Shown: positions 60,264-64,000 of the stretch, piece by piece
Numbering within the stretch: position 1 is the stretch's first letter
Layout: the number at the start of each line of letters is the position of its first letter
Assembly (NCBI GenBank): GCA_000998425.1
Contig: LCDG01000003.1
Coordinates: forward strand, 1,619 to 65,618
DNA length: 64,000 nt
From: Candidatus Nomurabacteria bacterium GW2011_GWC2_42_20
GTDB lineage: Bacteria; Patescibacteriota; Minisyncoccia; Phycocordibacterales; UBA1550
Direction of reading: 5' to 3'
The notes under the pieces: model-generated
What the model was told of the DNA's origin: nothing
Database searches by the model: none
The model's input: the letters and a program-made list of their open reading frames with translations, nothing else
Translations under genes and position numbers: made by a program

Positions 60264-60319
60264 TTGACACTTATGGGCGATAAGTATAGTCTTTGATCTA
60301 GACACTATTTAAGGAGGTT

Positions 60320-60586
60320 GTGATGATTGAAAAAATAAGTTTTTCACTGATTGGGCTCTTTGTTCTTCTGATGATTTGGCCGTGGCTCATGGAGCTGATT
60401 TTGTATGACAAGACGACACGTCAAACGCGTCAACGTCTACAACTTCTCATAAAACGAGCAAACAACGGCAATGACGCAGCTCGAAGGGCGTGCGACAGAA
60501 ATGGTCTCATCAACAAAGGAATGGTTCTTTGCGAGGATGGGATAAACGTGAAGAGTGTCTATTCCCTTCCGCATAGATGGCAATGA
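60320..60586 (+). CDS. small N-terminally anchored membrane protein (paralog 2)
   Basis: MMIE start, one TM helix, motif KRANNGNDAARRAC; the promoter and ribosome-binding module is homologous to paralog 1's. Confidence 0.45.
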   Translation: MMIEKISFSLIGLFVLLMIWPWLMELILYDKTTRQTRQRLQLLIKRANNGNDAARRACDRNGLINKGMVLCEDGINVKSVYSLPHRWQ

Positions 60587-60634
60587 CTCCATCGCTACTT
60601 CAAAACTGCATGACCATTTCAGGTCGTGCAGTTT

Positions 60635-61802
60635 TCATTTGTATTTCTCCATCATATCCCATATCGCACCAGCGACGTTACGTGGCTTGCCTTCAAATGG
60701 CAGATGGTGGTTATCGAAAAACGGCATGCTGTTGCACTCGATAATTCCACATCGCTTCTCCTTTCTCCACGAGTGGCTGATATCATTGATTATAAAATCA
60801 ATACCGACGATAGGCGCCTTCAAAACATCGGCAACTTGCTCAAAAAGCTCGACATTGTCAGGGTGCACCAAATCAGAGACATCGGCAGTCGTGCCACCCA
60901 CACTCCAATTCACTTTTTGATGAAATGTCACGCGCTTCCTCATTTATAGCACTATCATCAATTTTTATTTTTGAAAAATATGGGCCAGTGCGTGCTGGGT
61001 GTTTGTTGGCCTCATCCACAAGCTCTTGAATGGTACTCACCCCATCTCCTATCACATATGGCTGGTTCCGACGAAGCGTTGCTACAAGTTTTCCATCGAC
61101 CACAGTGGCTCGATATACTGCGCCAACAAGTTCCTCTTCTACAATTACCGATGGCGATATTTTTGTCGCTATAAAAAATGCGCGCACGAGCTCATTTTCA
61201 TCAGTAATATGAAGAGTCGTATGCCTAGAACCAGACCCATGGCGGGGCTTCACAATAACTGGCGTTTCAAGATTCTTAAAAACCTGCATCGCTCCTCTTT
61301 TTGTAATCACAGAGGATCCTTTTGCGACAGGAAATCCATATTTAATAAAATGTTTTTTGAGAGCATCTTTATCATCAATCCATTTCACCTGATGCTTTAT
61401 CTTCTGAGGTAGTGGTATCCCTTCATAAGTTATACGTTTACCATTTGGGAACTCCGCGATATAAATGTTTCTTGGTAGCCCAAAAAGTCTAAACTCCCAA
61501 ACATTTAAACCCCTCTTGTTGGCCTCCTTCCAAAGCATTCCTGCAAGTATTGAAACATCGCTATCTACTTCAATTTGTTTTTTTGCTAGGCCGGTTTGCA
61601 AGCACGCTCGAATGAAATGTGGAGTAACTAGATGCTCATATGAATGAATCTGAAAAAATAACCAATTCATTAAACTCCAGCGAGTGAAAAGTAGGTTAAA
61701 AACAGAGCTGATGATAATATCAGCATACACAATCCGGTGAAAGATTGCGTTGTTGCTCCCGCACTCCCTGCATTCCATTGGTTTTGGTAATTTAAATACC
61801 AT
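60635..61802 (-). pseudogene. cyanophycin-synthetase-like ATP-grasp ligase, frameshifted (no Mur-ligase domain)
   Basis: Two overlapping minus-strand ORFs (60873..61802 and 60635..60943). Together they match the CphA ATP-grasp half (VIVKPRHGSGSRHTTL; ATVVDGKLVATLRRNQPYVIGDGVSTIQELVDEANKHP; VGGTTADVSDLVHPDNVEL; EGKPRNVAGAIWDMM). The frame switches near 60945-60965. Confidence 0.5.
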
Positions 61803-61862
61803 AATTCATGCAGTATACCACGAATCTTTTTATGGTATTCCAGATTTCTTTTTGTTAAAATT

Positions 61863-63380
61863 TTGTGGCATAGTAAGCCAATGCTTCCGCCTAAAAAAAT
61901 TGACTCTTGCCCATCAATAAAGGAGATAATTTCACTCCTAAAAAATCCAACAAAGGACGATATTGCGCTTATAGAAAAGGCTTATGCCTTTGCAAAAACA
62001 GCACACGAGGGGCAAAAACGCTACTCTGGGGAACCATATTTCCTTCATGTGGCAAGCGTAGGGAAAACACTTTCGGCGATTAACATTGACGCCACTACAA
62101 TAGCTGCAGGAATCCTCCATGACACAATTGAAGACGCAGAAATACCTGCGCGAACAATTGAAAAAGAGTTTGGTAAAGAGGTGTTGTCTCTTGTAGAAGG
62201 AGTGACGAAGCTCGGGAAATTGAAGTACCACGGAGTAGAGCGACACGTAGAGAGTTTGCGTAAATTTTTTATCGCTATGTCGCACGATGTGCGCGTATTG
62301 CTCATCAAGCTCGCTGACCGACTTCACAACATACAAACATTGGAACACGTGCCAGAAGCAAAAAGGCACCGTATCGCCCTTGAAACACTAGAAGTCCACG
62401 CACGCCTCGCTGACAGATTTGGTATGGGAAAATGGAAAGCGATTTTTGAGGACTCTGCATTCCCGTATGCATACCCAAAAGAGTATGAGCAGGTTCTTGC
62501 GCTTATCAAAAACAAACGTGTCGTAGATGAAAAATATGCGGAAAAAATTCATCGCTCTATTCAAAAAGAGCTTGCAGCCAATGGTATCAAGACTGCACGA
62601 GTTGATTATCGAGTCAAAAATCTTTTTAGTCTCTGGAAAAAACTTGCGCGAAAGGAAATGGACCCCGACAAAGTGTACGACATTCTTGCTGTGCGTGTCA
62701 TTGTAAAAACTGTCGAGGATTGCTACAAAACACTTGGCATAATTCATAAACACTGGCGTCCGGTTTCTGGTCGCATAAAGGACTATATTGCAACACCAAA
62801 ATCAAATGGTTATAAATCGCTCCACACTACTATCTTTCGCGGAGATGGAGGGATTATAGAGATACAGATACGCACAGAGGAAATGCATGCCGAGGCTCAG
62901 TATGGTATCGCCTCTCATTTAGCATACAAAGAAAAAGGTTCTATACACGGAGAAACTGAGCGAAATCTTGCTTGGGTAAAGGAGCTTGCTAAATGGCAAA
63001 AAGAGGTCGCAAGAACAGATGATTTTATGGAGCATCTCCATATGGACTTTTTTAAGAACCGCACATTCGTTTACACTCCAAAGGGTGATGTGATTGATTT
63101 ACCAGAGGACTCGAGTCCAATTGATTTTGCGTATGCTATTCATTCAAATATAGGTAACCACCTGGCGGGTGCAAAAATAAACGGCAAGCTTGTATCGATT
63201 GAAACAAAACTTACAAATGGCGATATTGTTGAAATAGAAACAAAGGAAAGCGCGAGCCCAAAACGTAAATGGCTAGACTATACAAAAACTACCCTTGCCA
63301 AAAGGCACATCCGCACATATCTCGAAAAATCAAATCCTATTGAGCTACTAGCACAGAAATTTTTTGGGAAGAAAAAGTAG
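61863..63380 (+). CDS. spoT: bifunctional (p)ppGpp synthetase/hydrolase (RSH, short form)
   Basis: HD hydrolase domain (HDTIED), synthetase domain (RVKNLFSLWKKL...YKSLHTT), and TGS-like C-terminus; 505 aa, no ACT domain. Confidence 0.9.
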   Translation: MWHSKPMLPPKKIDSCPSIKEIISLLKNPTKDDIALIEKAYAFAKTAHEGQKRYSGEPYFLHVASVGKTLSAINIDATTIAAGILHDTIEDAEIPARTIEKEFGKEVLSLVEGVTKLGKLKYHGVERHVESLRKFFIAMSHDVRVLLIKLADRLHNIQTLEHVPEAKRHRIALETLEVHARLADRFGMGKWKAIFEDSAFPYAYPKEYEQVLALIKNKRVVDEKYAEKIHRSIQKELAANGIKTARVDYRVKNLFSLWKKLARKEMDPDKVYDILAVRVIVKTVEDCYKTLGIIHKHWRPVSGRIKDYIATPKSNGYKSLHTTIFRGDGGIIEIQIRTEEMHAEAQYGIASHLAYKEKGSIHGETERNLAWVKELAKWQKEVARTDDFMEHLHMDFFKNRTFVYTPKGDVIDLPEDSSPIDFAYAIHSNIGNHLAGAKINGKLVSIETKLTNGDIVEIETKESASPKRKWLDYTKTTLAKRHIRTYLEKSNPIELLAQKFFGKKK

Positions 63381-63390
63381 AAAAATAAAA

Positions 63391-63440
63391 AAGCGAGCAG
63401 ATTCTCGAAATTTCTAGAATCTGCTCGCTTTTATATTTTT
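63391..63440. terminator. bidirectional intrinsic terminator
   Basis: aagcgagcagattc...gaatctgctcgctt followed by ttatattttt; sits between the convergent RSH gene and parB. Confidence 0.55.
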
Positions 63441-63442
63441 GA

Positions 63443-64000
63443 TTACAATGAGAAATTCTTCACATTATATAGATCTTCGTCTGGGTCTTTTTCCATTACA
63501 TCTTCCCCGCCCTCTGCAAGCTCGTCAGCGGTAGCAGGGGTTGCCATTTCAGTTGGGGTTTCACCAAGTGGAATTTCTGCTACAATTGTTCCTACTTGCG
63601 CTGTCTGCATTTCCGCGTGCAAACGCTTCATAAAGTTGCGCACGTCATCATTGGAAAAGAAATCAATTACAATCTTTCCTCCAACCTCACGCTTTTCAAT
63701 TTGCACACGTGTTCCAAGCCTCTCAGTCAGCTCTGCCTCAAATTCCATTATTTCAGGGTCAAAATCGCGCCCAGGTTTACGAACCTTTTCTACTGCGATG
63801 CGTCTAGCTATGCGTTCAGATTCACGCACATTCAACTTTTTAAAAATTATTTCCTTGTACAGTGTGAGCTGTTCCTCCTTGCGGTCGCAAAGCATAAGAA
63901 GTGGGCGTGTATGTCCCTCTGTAATACGACGCTCTGCAAGTGCAGTGAGCATCTCGTCTGGAAGCATGAGTAAGCGTAATGTGTTTGATACGTACTCACG
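63443..64000 (-). CDS. parB: ParB-like partition protein (partial; N-terminus beyond window end)
   Basis: VSNTLRLLMLPDEMLTAL...GHTRPLL helix-turn-helix region and C-terminal dimerisation region. The reading frame stays open to position 64000. Confidence 0.65.
   Translation of the reverse strand, partial: REYVSNTLRLLMLPDEMLTALAERRITEGHTRPLLMLCDRKEEQLTLYKEIIFKKLNVRESERIARRIAVEKVRKPGRDFDPEIMEFEAELTERLGTRVQIEKREVGGKIVIDFFSNDDVRNFMKRLHAEMQTAQVGTIVAEIPLGETPTEMATPATADELAEGGEDVMEKDPDEDLYNVKNFSL

Overview
This 64-kb window is a densely coded, low-GC stretch (roughly 40% by eye), mostly short housekeeping genes with short intergenic gaps. That is consistent with a small-genome bacterium, possibly of the Patescibacteria/CPR type, but this is inference only. 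Calls rest on motif-level recognition of the supplied ORF translations. No CRISPR array or rRNA was seen, and the only tRNA found is one tRNA-Gln (50689..50759, minus strand). Recognisable content: nth, glmS, a DEDDh exonuclease, a PHP phosphoesterase, rpmA and rplI, a C-terminal processing (Ctp) protease, a CorA-like transporter, cysS, dnaB, recR, rplU, rmuC, a GGDEF protein, yqeY, uvrC, uvrA, uvrB, tgt, folA, a malic enzyme, a ROK kinase, a GH15/GH57/glycosyltransferase alpha-glucan cluster, rsuA, dgkA, a P-type ATPase, bcp, a hemerythrin, folD, dinB, two tandem DedA paralogs, dnaX, dus, an FtsQ-like protein, serS, dprA, topA, an RSH (p)ppGpp enzyme and a partial parB. Two regions stand out as non-housekeeping. 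The first is a roughly 6.2-kb AT-rich island at 44535..50759, bounded by a tRNA-Gln 3' end and a degenerate direct repeat of that end. It carries a large serine recombinase, a winged-helix-like protein, a 48-bp near-perfect palindrome, a membrane-anchored DUF2726 nuclease-fold protein in an operon with an unknown protein, and an orphan cytoplasmic histidine kinase with a receiver-only partner. The second is an unusual array downstream of topA at 59452..60600. Two extra copies of the topA 3' coding end are retained there, and they differ from the genic copy almost only at synonymous sites. Each copy is followed by a conserved promoter and ribosome-binding module driving a small paralogous membrane-protein gene. 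A frameshifted cyanophycin-synthetase-like ATP-grasp gene follows the array on the opposite strand. A short GC-rich ORF (41072..41371), with markedly different base composition from its neighbours, is a likely horizontal acquisition.
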